Assembly: GCA_965221125.1 (NCBI GenBank)
Contig: CBDCRW010000003.1
Span: forward strand, 64,001-128,000
DNA: 64,000 nt
Direction of reading: 5' to 3'
DNA from: Alphaproteobacteria bacterium
GTDB taxonomy: Bacteria > Pseudomonadota > Alphaproteobacteria > UBA828
The notes under the pieces were generated by a model. That model was not told the DNA's origin and did not search any database. It worked only from the letters and a program-made list of their open reading frames with translations. The translations under genes and the position numbers were made by a program. This document shows positions 27,611 to 37,174 of the stretch, in pieces. Position 1 is the stretch's first letter. Each line of letters begins with the position of its first letter.

Positions 27611-29110
27611 GTGAGCCGTGCCCTAGAAATCGTCGGCGCAAGCAAGGCGTTCGATGCCCGGCCGGCGCTCAGGCGGGCATCGTTCGCCTGCGACTGGGGC
27701 GAGGTCCACGCGCTCCTCGGGGAGAACGGGGCCGGCAAGTCGACCCTGATGAACGTCGCCTGTGGGCTCTACGCGCCCGACGAAGGCACCATCGCGGTCG
27801 ACGGCGAGCCCGCCACGATCACCGCGCCGGCCGATGCCGCCCGTCTCGGCATCGGGATGGTTCATCAGCACTACAAGCTGGTGCAGCGCTTCACCGTCGC
27901 CGAGAACATCGTCCTCGCCTGCCGAGGCGCACTGGGCGTGCGCCGCCCGCGCGAGGCGGCCGAGGCGGTGGCGGCGAAGGCGGCTGACGTGGGCTTCGAG
28001 ATCGACCCCGGCGCCGTGGTCGGCGAACTCTCCATCGCCGAGCAGCAGCGCGTCGAGATCCTCAAGGTGCTGTTGCTGGGCGCCCGCATCCTCATCCTGG
28101 ACGAGCCCACCTCGGTGCTGACCGACCAGGAGTCGGTCCAGGCGCTCACCTTCATGCGCCGCCTCGCGGAAGACGGCCACGCGGTGGTGCTGATCACCCA
28201 CAAGCTGCGCGAGGTGATCGGCTACGCGTCGCGGGTCACGGTGATGCGCGGCGGCGAGACGGTGCTCGCCGGTGCGGAGACCGCAGGGCTGGATGCCGAG
28301 ACGCTCGCCCGGACCATGGTGGGCGAGGAGAGCGCGGCGCAGGAACGCCGCACCCGGCCGCTGGCTCAGGTGAGGCTCAAGGTCGAGGATCTGAGCGTCC
28401 GCCGGGCCGCCGGCATCGGCGTAGACGGCATCGGCTTCGCCGTGCGCGGCGGCGAGATCTACGGCATCGCCGGTGTCGGCGGCAACGGGCAGCAGGAGCT
28501 GGCCGACGCGCTGACCGGGCTGCGCCCGCCCGCCCGCGGGTCCATCGCCATCGACGGCGCGGAGCTCGCGGGCCGGGACGTGCCGGCCTTCCGCCGCCGG
28601 GGGATGCGCGCCGTGCCCGCCGACCGCTTCCGCACCGGCCTCCTGGCGGAGCTAGCGGTCTACGAGAACCACGGCGTGACGGGCGTGCCGGCCGGCGAGT
28701 ACGGCAGTCCGGCGCTGGTCCGACGCCGCGCCATGCGGGCGGCGGCGGCGCAGGCGATCGAGGCATACAGCATCCACGGCGCGGCACCCGGCACCGCCGC
28801 CCGGCTCCTCTCCGGCGGCAACGCCCAGAAGCTCCTGCTCGCGCGCGAGCTCAGGGGCGGGGCCAGCGTGCTGATCGCCCATTCGCCGACCCGCGGCCTC
28901 GACGTGAGCGCCTGCCGCACGGTCCACGACCTGCTGCAGGGCGCGGCGGACGCGGGCACCGCCTGCGTGCTGATCAGCGAGGACCTGGAGGAGGTGCTGG
29001 CGCTGTCCACCACCATCGCGGTGATCAGCCGGGGCCGCCTGGTCCGCGAGTTCGCCGCAGGCCAGGTGAGCCGCGCCGAGATCGGCCGCCTGATGCTGGG
29101 CCACGCCTGA
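27611..29110 (+). CDS. ABC transporter ATP-binding protein (CUT2/nucleoside type, two domains)
   Basis: GENGAGKST, LILDEPT, LSGGNAQK, PTRGLDV. Confidence 0.93.
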   Translation: MSRALEIVGASKAFDARPALRRASFACDWGEVHALLGENGAGKSTLMNVACGLYAPDEGTIAVDGEPATITAPADAARLGIGMVHQHYKLVQRFTVAENIVLACRGALGVRRPREAAEAVAAKAADVGFEIDPGAVVGELSIAEQQRVEILKVLLLGARILILDEPTSVLTDQESVQALTFMRRLAEDGHAVVLITHKLREVIGYASRVTVMRGGETVLAGAETAGLDAETLARTMVGEESAAQERRTRPLAQVRLKVEDLSVRRAAGIGVDGIGFAVRGGEIYGIAGVGGNGQQELADALTGLRPPARGSIAIDGAELAGRDVPAFRRRGMRAVPADRFRTGLLAELAVYENHGVTGVPAGEYGSPALVRRRAMRAAAAQAIEAYSIHGAAPGTAARLLSGGNAQKLLLARELRGGASVLIAHSPTRGLDVSACRTVHDLLQGAADAGTACVLISEDLEEVLALSTTIAVISRGRLVREFAAGQVSRAEIGRLMLGHA

Positions 29111-30180
29111 TGCTCGGCCCTGTCTATCTCGTACCCCGCCAGCAGGCGCCGCTCTGGCTGCGCGCGGCGACCTTCGTCGGCGGCATCGCGCTGGGCCTGC
29201 TCATCGCCTTCGGCATCCTCATTGCCTACGGCGTCGGCGCCGGGGAGATCGTCAACGAGTTCATCGTCTACGTGTTCCTCGACCTGAATGGCCTCGCCCA
29301 GGTGGTGACCGCCTCGACGCCGCTGGTCCTCGTCGGCCTGGCGTCGGCGGTGGCGCTCAAGCTCCGCTTCTGGAACATCGGCGTCGAGGGTCAGATGTGG
29401 CTCGGCTGCATTGCCGCGACCGGCGTTGCCATCTTCGACATCGGCCCGGAGGCCGCGCGCCTGCCGCTCATGTTCGTCGCCGCCGCCGTCGCCGGCGCCT
29501 GCTGGATCGGCATTCCCGCCGTTCTCAAGCTCCGCTTCCGGGTCAACGAGATCATCACCACGCTGCTGCTCACCTACGTCGCCTACCAGCTGGTGCAGCA
29601 CCTCCTCTTCGGGCCCTGGCACGATCCGGGCAGCGCCTTTCCCAACTCGCGGCACTACGACGAAGGGGCTGAGCGGCTGGCCCGGCTCGGCTGGGGTTCG
29701 TCGCACACCGGCATCTGGATCGCGCTCGGGGCGGGCGTCCTGCTCTGGTTCGTGATGACCCGCTCTCGGATCGGCTTCTACATGGACGCCATCGGCGCCA
29801 ACGCGGACGCGGCGCGGGCGGCGGGCGTCCCGGTCGTGCTCACGACGGCGCTGGCCGCGGTCATGTCCGGCGGGCTCGCGGGTGCAGCGGGCGCCAGCCT
29901 CGCCGCCGGGCAGGAATACCGCATGACCCTCTTCATCGCCGGCGGCTACACCTTCAGCGGCATCGTCATCGCCTTCATCGGGCGCTTCCGGCCGATCCCC
30001 GTCATCGTCACGGCGTTCGTGGTCGGCGGCGTCTACACGGCGGGCGACACGCTCAAGGTCTTCTATCAACTGCCTGCCGCGATCACGACGCTGATCGAGG
30101 CGGTCATTCTTCTCACCTTCGTCACGGTCGAGTTCTTCAGCCGCTACCACGTCACCTTCGGACTGAGGGAGCGCGCCTGA
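29110..30180 (+). CDS. ABC transporter permease (nucleoside type)
   Basis: WNIGVEGQ, NEIITTLLL; coupled to the ATPase. Confidence 0.92.
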   Translation: MLGPVYLVPRQQAPLWLRAATFVGGIALGLLIAFGILIAYGVGAGEIVNEFIVYVFLDLNGLAQVVTASTPLVLVGLASAVALKLRFWNIGVEGQMWLGCIAATGVAIFDIGPEAARLPLMFVAAAVAGACWIGIPAVLKLRFRVNEIITTLLLTYVAYQLVQHLLFGPWHDPGSAFPNSRHYDEGAERLARLGWGSSHTGIWIALGAGVLLWFVMTRSRIGFYMDAIGANADAARAAGVPVVLTTALAAVMSGGLAGAAGASLAAGQEYRMTLFIAGGYTFSGIVIAFIGRFRPIPVIVTAFVVGGVYTAGDTLKVFYQLPAAITTLIEAVILLTFVTVEFFSRYHVTFGLRERA

Positions 30181-31109
30181 TGGCAGCCGACTTCGTCCAG
30201 AACTGGCTCGCCACCACGCCCGGCTTCGCCACGCCCTACCTGCTCGCCGCCCTCGGGCTGATGATCAACGAGCGCGCCGGCGTGCTCAATCTCGGCTGCG
30301 AAGGCATGATGCTGGTGGGCGCGATGACCGGCGCGGTCGTGAGCTTCCACACCGGCCTCGCCGGCGCCGGCGTGCCCGTCGCCATGCTGGCCGGCGCGCT
30401 GGTCGCCCTCGTGTTCGGCATCGCCGTGGTGGTCTTCCGCACCGATCAGGTGCTGACCGGGCTCATCGTCGTCGCTCTCGGCGACGGGCTGACAGGGGTC
30501 GTGGGCCGCCCCTACATGTTCGAGAAGGTGGCGGGATTCCGCGACCTCGACCTGGGCGCACTCAGCGACATTCCCTGGCTGGGCCCTATCCTCTTCCAGC
30601 AGGACATCCTGGTCTATGCCGCCGCGGCGCTGGCCGTGGCCGTCTGGTGGGGCCTCGACAGATCGGACGTGGGGCTCAGGCTCCGCGCCGTCGGCGAGGA
30701 CCCGGCGACCGCCGACATCGCCGGCGTGAACGTCCAGCTCTTCCGCCTCGCCGCCGTGGTGCTGGGCGGCGCGTTCTGCGGGCTCGCGGGCGCCTACCTG
30801 TCGCTCGCTTCCAGCTTCGTCTGGACCGAGCACATGGTCGCCGGCCGCGGCTGGATCGTCATCGCGCTTGTGATCTTTTCGGGCTGGCGGCCGGGGCGCG
30901 CGGTGATCGGCGCGCTGATCTTCGGCGGCGCCGAGGCGCTGATCCCGCGCATTCAGGCGATCGGCCTCGACGTGCCCATCTACATCGTCGGCATGCTGCC
31001 CTACGTGCTGACGCTGGCGGTGCTGATCGTCCCCACGATCCTGCGGGGCGAGCGCTCGCCTGCGCCGAGCGGGCTTCTGCTCAACTACCTGCGGCAGGAT
31101 CGGCGCTGA
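30180..31109 (+). CDS. ABC transporter permease (nucleoside type)
   Basis: ERAGVLNLGCEG, RAVGEDP, GRGWI, LPYVLT. Confidence 0.92.
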   Translation: MAADFVQNWLATTPGFATPYLLAALGLMINERAGVLNLGCEGMMLVGAMTGAVVSFHTGLAGAGVPVAMLAGALVALVFGIAVVVFRTDQVLTGLIVVALGDGLTGVVGRPYMFEKVAGFRDLDLGALSDIPWLGPILFQQDILVYAAAALAVAVWWGLDRSDVGLRLRAVGEDPATADIAGVNVQLFRLAAVVLGGAFCGLAGAYLSLASSFVWTEHMVAGRGWIVIALVIFSGWRPGRAVIGALIFGGAEALIPRIQAIGLDVPIYIVGMLPYVLTLAVLIVPTILRGERSPAPSGLLLNYLRQDRR

Positions 31110-31230
31110 GGTATGCTCGATAGCGAGGGCAGCGCCGATCGCCGGCGACCTTCGAGGGGAGGAATCCGATGAGCAGCATGATAACACTCATGCTGAGACG
31201 GTCAGCTGTGCTTGAGGGTTGACCGATAGA

Positions 31231-31425
31231 TCAGGTCGAGTGGGCGACTTCACCGGTCGCGCGCGGGCGCTCGGCGAGCCACTTCTCTAGCTCGTGCTCG
31301 GCCCAGGGCCCCACCTTGACCGGCTCAGGAAACTGGCCGGCGCGCATCAATCTATAGATCGTGGAACGGGTAACCCCGCAGCGGGTCTCAACCTCTTCGC
31401 GGCGGAGTAGGCGGTCGTCGTTCAT
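31231..31425 (-). CDS. AlpA family regulator/excisionase (short internal deletion)
   Basis: RLLRREEVETRCGVTRSTIYRLM..GQFPEPV; GGAGG RBS. Confidence 0.88.
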   Translation of the reverse strand: MNDDRLLRREEVETRCGVTRSTIYRLMRAGQFPEPVKVGPWAEHELEKWLAERPRATGEVAHST

Positions 31426-31488
31426 GGCGTCCTCCGGGTCTTTGTCGTCCCGGATATTGCCGCAAGTGACCGCGAGGCCTGAATGGAA

Positions 31489-32016
31489 TCATATGGGGGT
31501 GATTTGATTCCGATATTTCTCGATTGGGCCGTACCTCTTGATGATGCGCCCAATGTAGTCGGCGGTGAGTTTCCCGCCTCCCGCGCGCGGAACAACCTCT
31601 CGAATAAAATCGACAGCGTCCGCTTTGGTCTTGCCTTCGCTGAAGACAAGCCAAGCGACTAACCGGACGATCCGTTCATCGCGCGTCCGGTTCTCATCTG
31701 GACTACGCCCTCTGCCTCGCTTGGGTCGGGTGACCTCGCCCGTAAAAACGGCAATGGCAAGCTCCAGAATTGCGTCGTGGGCGCTGTCCTCCAGGCCATG
31801 CCCGCGAATATCCTTGCGGGCAACGTCCTCCAATGTGTCGAAGGCCCACGCCCGCTGCCCGTAGGACAGCGCCTCATCGCCCACCATGTACGCCAGTCTT
31901 CGGATTGCTCGCGCCTGCTCTTTGCTATCGCCCGGCCAGTCCAACACGTTGTTCGACGGGCGCGGCAACTCCTCAAAAGCGGAGCGCAGGAATAGCCGGT
32001 TCGTCAAATTATCCAT
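31489..32016 (-). CDS. Hypothetical protein of the integrative element
   Basis: 175 aa ORF overlapping the integrase stop; lower GC; basic PKRGRGRSP then possible HTH. Confidence 0.65.
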   Translation of the reverse strand: MDNLTNRLFLRSAFEELPRPSNNVLDWPGDSKEQARAIRRLAYMVGDEALSYGQRAWAFDTLEDVARKDIRGHGLEDSAHDAILELAIAVFTGEVTRPKRGRGRSPDENRTRDERIVRLVAWLVFSEGKTKADAVDFIREVVPRAGGGKLTADYIGRIIKRYGPIEKYRNQITPI

Positions 32017-33184
32017 GCAACCTCACTATGGCGCCGGTACCGCCGTTTACGAAGTCCGCCCATGCTTGCATGAGAACGCGGCGTCGTTCGAACACGTCGC
32101 TTCGGAAGTAGGCTCCTTCAACGCCACCCACGGTGTGCGCCAGCGCCGCCTCGGCAAGCTCACGCGGCTTGCCCATGTCCGCACACCAGTCTCTGAAACC
32201 TGACCGGAGACCATGCACCACCGTCTTCTCGGCGAGGCCAGTCGTTCGCAAGACCTTGGTGAGGGACATGTCCGACAGGGGACGGTTCGTCGAGCGTGGC
32301 GAGGGAAAGACGAGACCCTGCCCACCGCTCAGCGGGCGCGCCTGTTCCAGCACCTCGAGAGCCGCGTCGCTCAGCGGCACGCGGTGTTCGGCACCACTCT
32401 TCATGCGCGATGCCGGTATGGTCCACGTCGCCGACGCCACGTCTACCTCGCTCCACTCGGCAAGGCGGACCTCGCCGCTGCGGCAGGCGGTCAGCACAAC
32501 GAACTTCAGCGACAGTTTGGCTGCCAGGGATGCCCTTGACGCTTCCACGGTATCGAGCGCCGCGGCGACCTCGCGATAGGGCAGAGCCCGAAAGTGTGCC
32601 TTCACGGCCGGCTGGCGCGGCAACGCGCCGTCGATGGCCTCGCCCGCGACGTTGGTCTGGACGTGCCCATGAGCTTCAGCCCAACGGAGGGTCGCGCGGA
32701 CTCGCTGGCGCACCTTGCGACCGACCTCCGGCTTGCTGGTCCAAATCTGAGTCAGCACCCGCAGCACGTCTTCGCGCCCGATGCGGTCAACCGCCATGTC
32801 GCCGATGACCGGGAATGCGTGCCGCTCCAATTGCTGAAGCCAGTTCGTCGTGACCTTGGCGTTGCGCCAACGCGGCCGATTCGCCTCGAACGTCGCCTCG
32901 GCCGCCGCCCGAAAGGTCGGCACCCGGGCCTTGCGCTTCGCCGCCAGCGGGTCGCCTCCCCGCCGTGCCAGCCGTCGGTTCTCGAATGCCGCCTCGCGTG
33001 CTTCGGTGAGTGTCGTGAGCGGCCAGCCGCCCAACCCAATGTCGCGGCGCTTGCCGTCGATGGCGAGCCGCTGAATCCACGATTTCGAACCACCGCGCGC
33101 CACGCGCAGAAAAAGTGTGCCGCCGTCGCCGTACATGCCGGGCTTGGTGAGCACCCGAATCTTCGCGACTGTCAGCTTCGCCAT
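32009..33184 (-). CDS. Tyrosine integrase (P4-like, Arm-binding domain)
   Basis: KPGMYGDGGTLFLRV, TACRSGE, MK, HGLRSGFRDW, LAH, AY..SD..ERRR.LMQAW; ATG 33184. Confidence 0.94.
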   Translation of the reverse strand: MAKLTVAKIRVLTKPGMYGDGGTLFLRVARGGSKSWIQRLAIDGKRRDIGLGGWPLTTLTEAREAAFENRRLARRGGDPLAAKRKARVPTFRAAAEATFEANRPRWRNAKVTTNWLQQLERHAFPVIGDMAVDRIGREDVLRVLTQIWTSKPEVGRKVRQRVRATLRWAEAHGHVQTNVAGEAIDGALPRQPAVKAHFRALPYREVAAALDTVEASRASLAAKLSLKFVVLTACRSGEVRLAEWSEVDVASATWTIPASRMKSGAEHRVPLSDAALEVLEQARPLSGGQGLVFPSPRSTNRPLSDMSLTKVLRTTGLAEKTVVHGLRSGFRDWCADMGKPRELAEAALAHTVGGVEGAYFRSDVFERRRVLMQAWADFVNGGTGAIVRLHG

Positions 33185-33369
33185 GCCTCGAATTCCCACC
33201 CGGATTGGACGCCGGGCAAGAGGGATTTGCCCCCACCCCACGTCTTACCCAACGTGATGCGTAGGACAGCGCGAGAATCGCACGGAATGCTCAAGCACAG
33301 GATATCGGCCAATTGACTGATTTATAATGGATATTGGAATATACGGGAACGTATGAAACTGGCAGGCGG

Positions 33370-33442
33370 TGCCGCAGGAGAGATTCGAACTCCCGACCCA
33401 TGCATTACGAATGCATTGCTCTACCGACTGAGCTACTGCGGC
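33370..33442 (-). tRNA. tRNA-Thr(CGT)
   Basis: GCCGCAG/CTGCGGC acceptor stem, ATGCA-TTCGTAA-TGCAT anticodon arm, TTCGAAT T-loop; followed by CCG, not CCA. Confidence 0.95.
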
Positions 33443-33527
33443 CCGGTCCCGTGCCGGACTATCGTCAAGCCGGCCTGCGTTGTAAAGGCGCCAGTGGCGC
33501 GCCCTCCGGTCAGCACCCTGCCTGCGC

Positions 33528-34916
33528 TCAGCCGGCAGCGGAGCGGGCGGCGGCGGGCGGCGCGGGCGCTTCGACGCCGGCGTCATCCTCGGCCACGGGG
33601 GTGTCCAGCGGGAGAGCGCTCGCCTCGGCCTGGGGCGGTGTGCGCCACTCGATCGAATCGAAGGCGCCGCAGCGGTCGCAGACGATGGACCATGCGGGGC
33701 TCGCGCTGGCGCAGCGTGCGCAGATCCAGCCCGGATCGGGTGGCGCCTCGCTCGCTTGCCGAAGGTGCCGGCGGACAGCCTCGCCGTCCCCGGTCTCGGC
33801 TTCCTCCAGGCGCGCCAGCAGGCGATAGACGCCGGCGGTGGGGCGCGCGGCGACGGCGCGCTCCAGGTGCCGGCGCGCCGTTCCCCACTGCTTCGCGTCA
33901 AGCGCCTGGTTCGCAAGCAGCAGCAGACTCTCCGGCTCGTCGCGGTTGTCGGCCACCAGCGTCTCGACCCGCTTCAGCCGCTCCGCGGCGCTCCGGTCCA
34001 CTTGTAAAGCGAGGAAGAGCCGGCCGAGCGCCGGGTGCGGGCAATGGCGCCACGCCTCCGTGACCGCACGCTGCGCCGCGCCGTCGCGGCCCGCTTCCTT
34101 GGCGAGGCCGGAACTCAGCAGCGCCGCCGGCAGGAAGGACACGTCCGCCGCCCGCGCCTCGTCGGCGACGCGGAGCGCATCCTTGACCTCGCCCTGCTCG
34201 CGCAGCGCACGCGCACGCTCGAAGAGCAGCCCCGCCTCGCGGCGGCGGCCCACCTCCTCGCTCACCGCGCCGTGGCGGCGCGCCCGCTTCACCGTGGCGA
34301 GCGCGTCGGACCAGCGGCCTGCCCGCGTCTGCATCTCCAGCAGCGCCGTCAGCACCCAGGGCGTCTCCGGCCTGAGCGCGAAGGCGCGCTCCGCCAGCTC
34401 GAGCGCCCTGGCAGTATCGCCGGTCCGCTCGGCCTGAACGAGCAGGCCGCGCAGCCCGAGAAACGCCGTCGCCGGCTGATCGAGCATGGCCTCGAAGTAG
34501 CCGCGCGCGGCCTGATCGTCGCCCTCCAGCTGCGCCGCCTGCGCCGAGAGCAGCAGCGTGAGTGGCGGCTCGTCCAGCATCAGATTGGCGCGGCGCGCGA
34601 GCCTGCGCGCGCGCTTGGGATCGCCCGCCGCGGCGGCGACCAGGCCCTGCGTGAGCGCACGGTAGCCGAGCCGCTCGCGGCGGCGGCGGCGTGCCAGGGC
34701 GACGCGGCGGGGGCCGATCCAGACGAAGCGCACGACGGCGGCGATCACCAGGACAACAGCAGCAGCCACGGCGATCGCCGCCGCGAGCACCCCCGGCGAG
34801 GTCTCGACCACGTAGTCGCCCCAGGCGATCACGACGCTGCCGGGCGGCTCCGAGATCCAGGTGGCGGCCGCGGCGACGACGATCACCGCGACGACGAAGG
34901 CGACGATCCGAATCAT
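33528..34916 (-). CDS. hemY: HemY-domain TPR membrane protein
   Basis: N-terminal TM plus PG.V.I.W, ALTQGLVAAAAGD, TPR-like helices, C-terminal W.C..C...C..C. Confidence 0.85.
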   Translation of the reverse strand: MIRIVAFVVAVIVVAAAATWISEPPGSVVIAWGDYVVETSPGVLAAAIAVAAAVVLVIAAVVRFVWIGPRRVALARRRRRERLGYRALTQGLVAAAAGDPKRARRLARRANLMLDEPPLTLLLSAQAAQLEGDDQAARGYFEAMLDQPATAFLGLRGLLVQAERTGDTARALELAERAFALRPETPWVLTALLEMQTRAGRWSDALATVKRARRHGAVSEEVGRRREAGLLFERARALREQGEVKDALRVADEARAADVSFLPAALLSSGLAKEAGRDGAAQRAVTEAWRHCPHPALGRLFLALQVDRSAAERLKRVETLVADNRDEPESLLLLANQALDAKQWGTARRHLERAVAARPTAGVYRLLARLEEAETGDGEAVRRHLRQASEAPPDPGWICARCASASPAWSIVCDRCGAFDSIEWRTPPQAEASALPLDTPVAEDDAGVEAPAPPAAARSAAG

Positions 34917-36415
34917 TGCGCCCCGCCAGCGGATGCCCAGCGGGCGCCAATGCGCGCGTGAACGATGGCGACGAGGCCAGAAAGAGCGTCGTCCGCCTCG
35001 GCGCGCGAGCGGGCGTCGCGCAGCCAGGCGTCCGCACGTTCGGCACCGTCGGCCTCGGGCATCAGCGCCTCGACGATGCCGACGGCCCGCGCGAGATCGC
35101 CGTCCACGAGCGCCGATTCGGCCTCGACGAGGCGGCCGTCGAGGCTGGCGGGATCGATGGCGCCGCCGGTGCGGCGGATCGTCACGAGCTGGCTCAACCT
35201 GGTGACGGTCTCGTCGATCCAGTCGGAGTCTTCGGCCGCCGGGGCGGCCCGGACGATGGCGTTGGCGGCCGCAGGAAAGCGCGCCTTCAGCCCGTCGAGC
35301 GTCGGCACGCCCGTGGCGGCGAAGGGCGCGAGCCGCGCCAGCGCGCTCTCGATCTCCGCATCCGCGCCGGCGACGCCGCGAACCGCGTCGAGCACGGGCG
35401 CGAAGGGCCGGGCCGAGCCGAGCGCCGCCGTAAGGTCGCCGGTGGCCAGCACCAGGCCGACCAGATGCCCGTCGGCGGCGGACTGCAGGGTCGCGTCCTC
35501 CTCGAAGCGCGCGAGCCGCGCGGTGACCTCGGCGAGCGCGGCCTCCAGCGCGGCCCGCTGCTCCTCCCAGGCGGCCAGCGCGCGGTCGAACGCCTCCCGC
35601 GCCGGGTTCTGCTCGAGAGCCTGAACCCGCCGCTCCAGGGCCGTCAGCGCGGCGCCCGCGCCCGAGGCATCGGCGGCGCCGGCCTCCAGCGCATCCAGCC
35701 GGGCGTCGAGCGTGCCGAGCGCGTCGGCCTCACCGTCGTTCGGAGTAGGCGGTGGCGCGAGAGGTTCGGCGTCGGCAGCGGTTGCCGCATCGGCAGCCAC
35801 ATCTGCAACGTGAGCGGCCGGGGCTTGTGCGTCGTCTTGCTCTGACGCCGCCAGCGCGGTTACCTCCGGACTCTGGTCGGCGAGTGCCGAGGATGGCGAC
35901 GGAGGATCGGGAGCGGGCGCGGTCGGTTCAGCTTCAGTAACGACCGGCGGGTCGGACTCGTCCGCCTGCGGTGCGGCAGCGGGTGCCGAATTCTCCAGGG
36001 GCTCGGCCCTGGCCCCGCCCCCGGCTTCGTCCTCCGCCACGACGAGCGGCGTGTCCTCTCCGTCGACAGGCGGGGGACCGGACGCTCCCTCGTCCGTCGA
36101 ACCGCCGCCGGCCTGCTCGGCAATGGGTGCTCCCGTGGCTGTGGCTCCTGCAACCTCCGGGGCTTCGCCCGTGCCCAGGATTTCGTCTCCGACCGTGGCC
36201 CACGCGGCGTAGAGGCCGACGCAGACCAGAGCCGCCGCCAACCCCCAGACGACCGCCTGCGGGACGCGGCGGGGCGGCGGGCGCTCCGGCTGCCCCGCGG
36301 GAGCCTCGGCCGAGCCCGAGTCGTCCGTGCTCTCTGCCGCGGGCAACCGCCATATCGGTGTCGGCCGGCTGCCGCCCCGGGGCGGCTCCTTGCCATCGTC
36401 CTTTCGCGCCGCCAT
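34913..36415 (-). CDS. COG4223 / mitofilin-like (alphaproteobacterial Mic60) membrane protein
   Basis: Single TM, acidic Pro/Ala linker, coiled coil, GVPTL...F, LVTIRR, GDL..A; between hemD and hemY. Confidence 0.8.
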   Translation of the reverse strand: MAARKDDGKEPPRGGSRPTPIWRLPAAESTDDSGSAEAPAGQPERPPPRRVPQAVVWGLAAALVCVGLYAAWATVGDEILGTGEAPEVAGATATGAPIAEQAGGGSTDEGASGPPPVDGEDTPLVVAEDEAGGGARAEPLENSAPAAAPQADESDPPVVTEAEPTAPAPDPPSPSSALADQSPEVTALAASEQDDAQAPAAHVADVAADAATAADAEPLAPPPTPNDGEADALGTLDARLDALEAGAADASGAGAALTALERRVQALEQNPAREAFDRALAAWEEQRAALEAALAEVTARLARFEEDATLQSAADGHLVGLVLATGDLTAALGSARPFAPVLDAVRGVAGADAEIESALARLAPFAATGVPTLDGLKARFPAAANAIVRAAPAAEDSDWIDETVTRLSQLVTIRRTGGAIDPASLDGRLVEAESALVDGDLARAVGIVEALMPEADGAERADAWLRDARSRAEADDALSGLVAIVHARIGARWASAGGAQ

Positions 36416-36430
36416 CCGTCTCTCGCCGCG

Positions 36431-37174
36431 CTATTCGCGCCCCGGCGCGCATGCGTCGACCACGCACGCGACGAGGGCCTCCTGTCGCGGCCGAGCGGCC
36501 ACGCAGACTCGCTTCCAGGACAGGGTTTCTACCGCCACGGCCACCGCCTGGCTCAGGCAGAACGCGGTGAGCGCCCGCGCCGTCGTTTCAAGCCTCGACT
36601 CGCGCAGGAGCTTAGCAAAGAGCCGCGCCGTACGGGGAGAGAAAAAGGCAACGCCGGCGAGGGTTTGCGCCTGCAAGGCTTGGCGGGCCGGCGGCGAAAG
36701 CGCGCCCACGGCAACCGCGTCGTAGAGCGGCACGCGCTCAGCCTCGAAGCCGGCGGCGCTGAGCCGGGCCGCGAGATCGCCCGTGCTGACCCGGCCGGCC
36801 ACGTGGACGAGGCGGCCTGCGTCGGGGCGGAGCCGGGCCGCAGCCAGCGCCGCGAGCCCGTCCACGTCGCCGTGGGCTGCCGCTACCGTGTCGAAGCCGG
36901 CGTCGCGGGCGGCCTGGGCCGTCGCGCAGCCAACCGAGAAAACCGGCACGCGCCGCGCCGCCTCTGCGGGGGTCGCCGCCGCGAGCGCCCGTGCGCCGTT
37001 CGCGCTGGTGAGCAGAATCGCCTGCACGCCGGACAGATCGAGCCGCGCCGCTCTATCGAATCGGATCGTCATCATGGGCTCGATCAGCGCCGATACGCCG
37101 TGATGAGCCAGGACCTCCGCGAGGGCGAGCGAGTCCTCGCGCGGACGGGTGAGCAGCAGGCGGGGGCCGCTCAC
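36431..37174 (-). CDS. hemD: Uroporphyrinogen-III synthase
   Basis: [23 protein letters not shown]; GTG overlapping the hemC stop. Confidence 0.9.
   Translation of the reverse strand: MSGPRLLLTRPREDSLALAEVLAHHGVSALIEPMMTIRFDRAARLDLSGVQAILLTSANGARALAAATPAEAARRVPVFSVGCATAQAARDAGFDTVAAAHGDVDGLAALAAARLRPDAGRLVHVAGRVSTGDLAARLSAAGFEAERVPLYDAVAVGALSPPARQALQAQTLAGVAFFSPRTARLFAKLLRESRLETTARALTAFCLSQAVAVAVETLSWKRVCVAARPRQEALVACVVDACAPGRE

Larger units (their letters stand above)
31231..33366 (-). mobile_element. Remnant of a tRNA-Thr-integrated element (integrase, hypothetical, AlpA)
   Basis: Integrase immediately 3' of a tRNA; lower GC; no replication or structural genes; second att not found. Confidence 0.75.
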
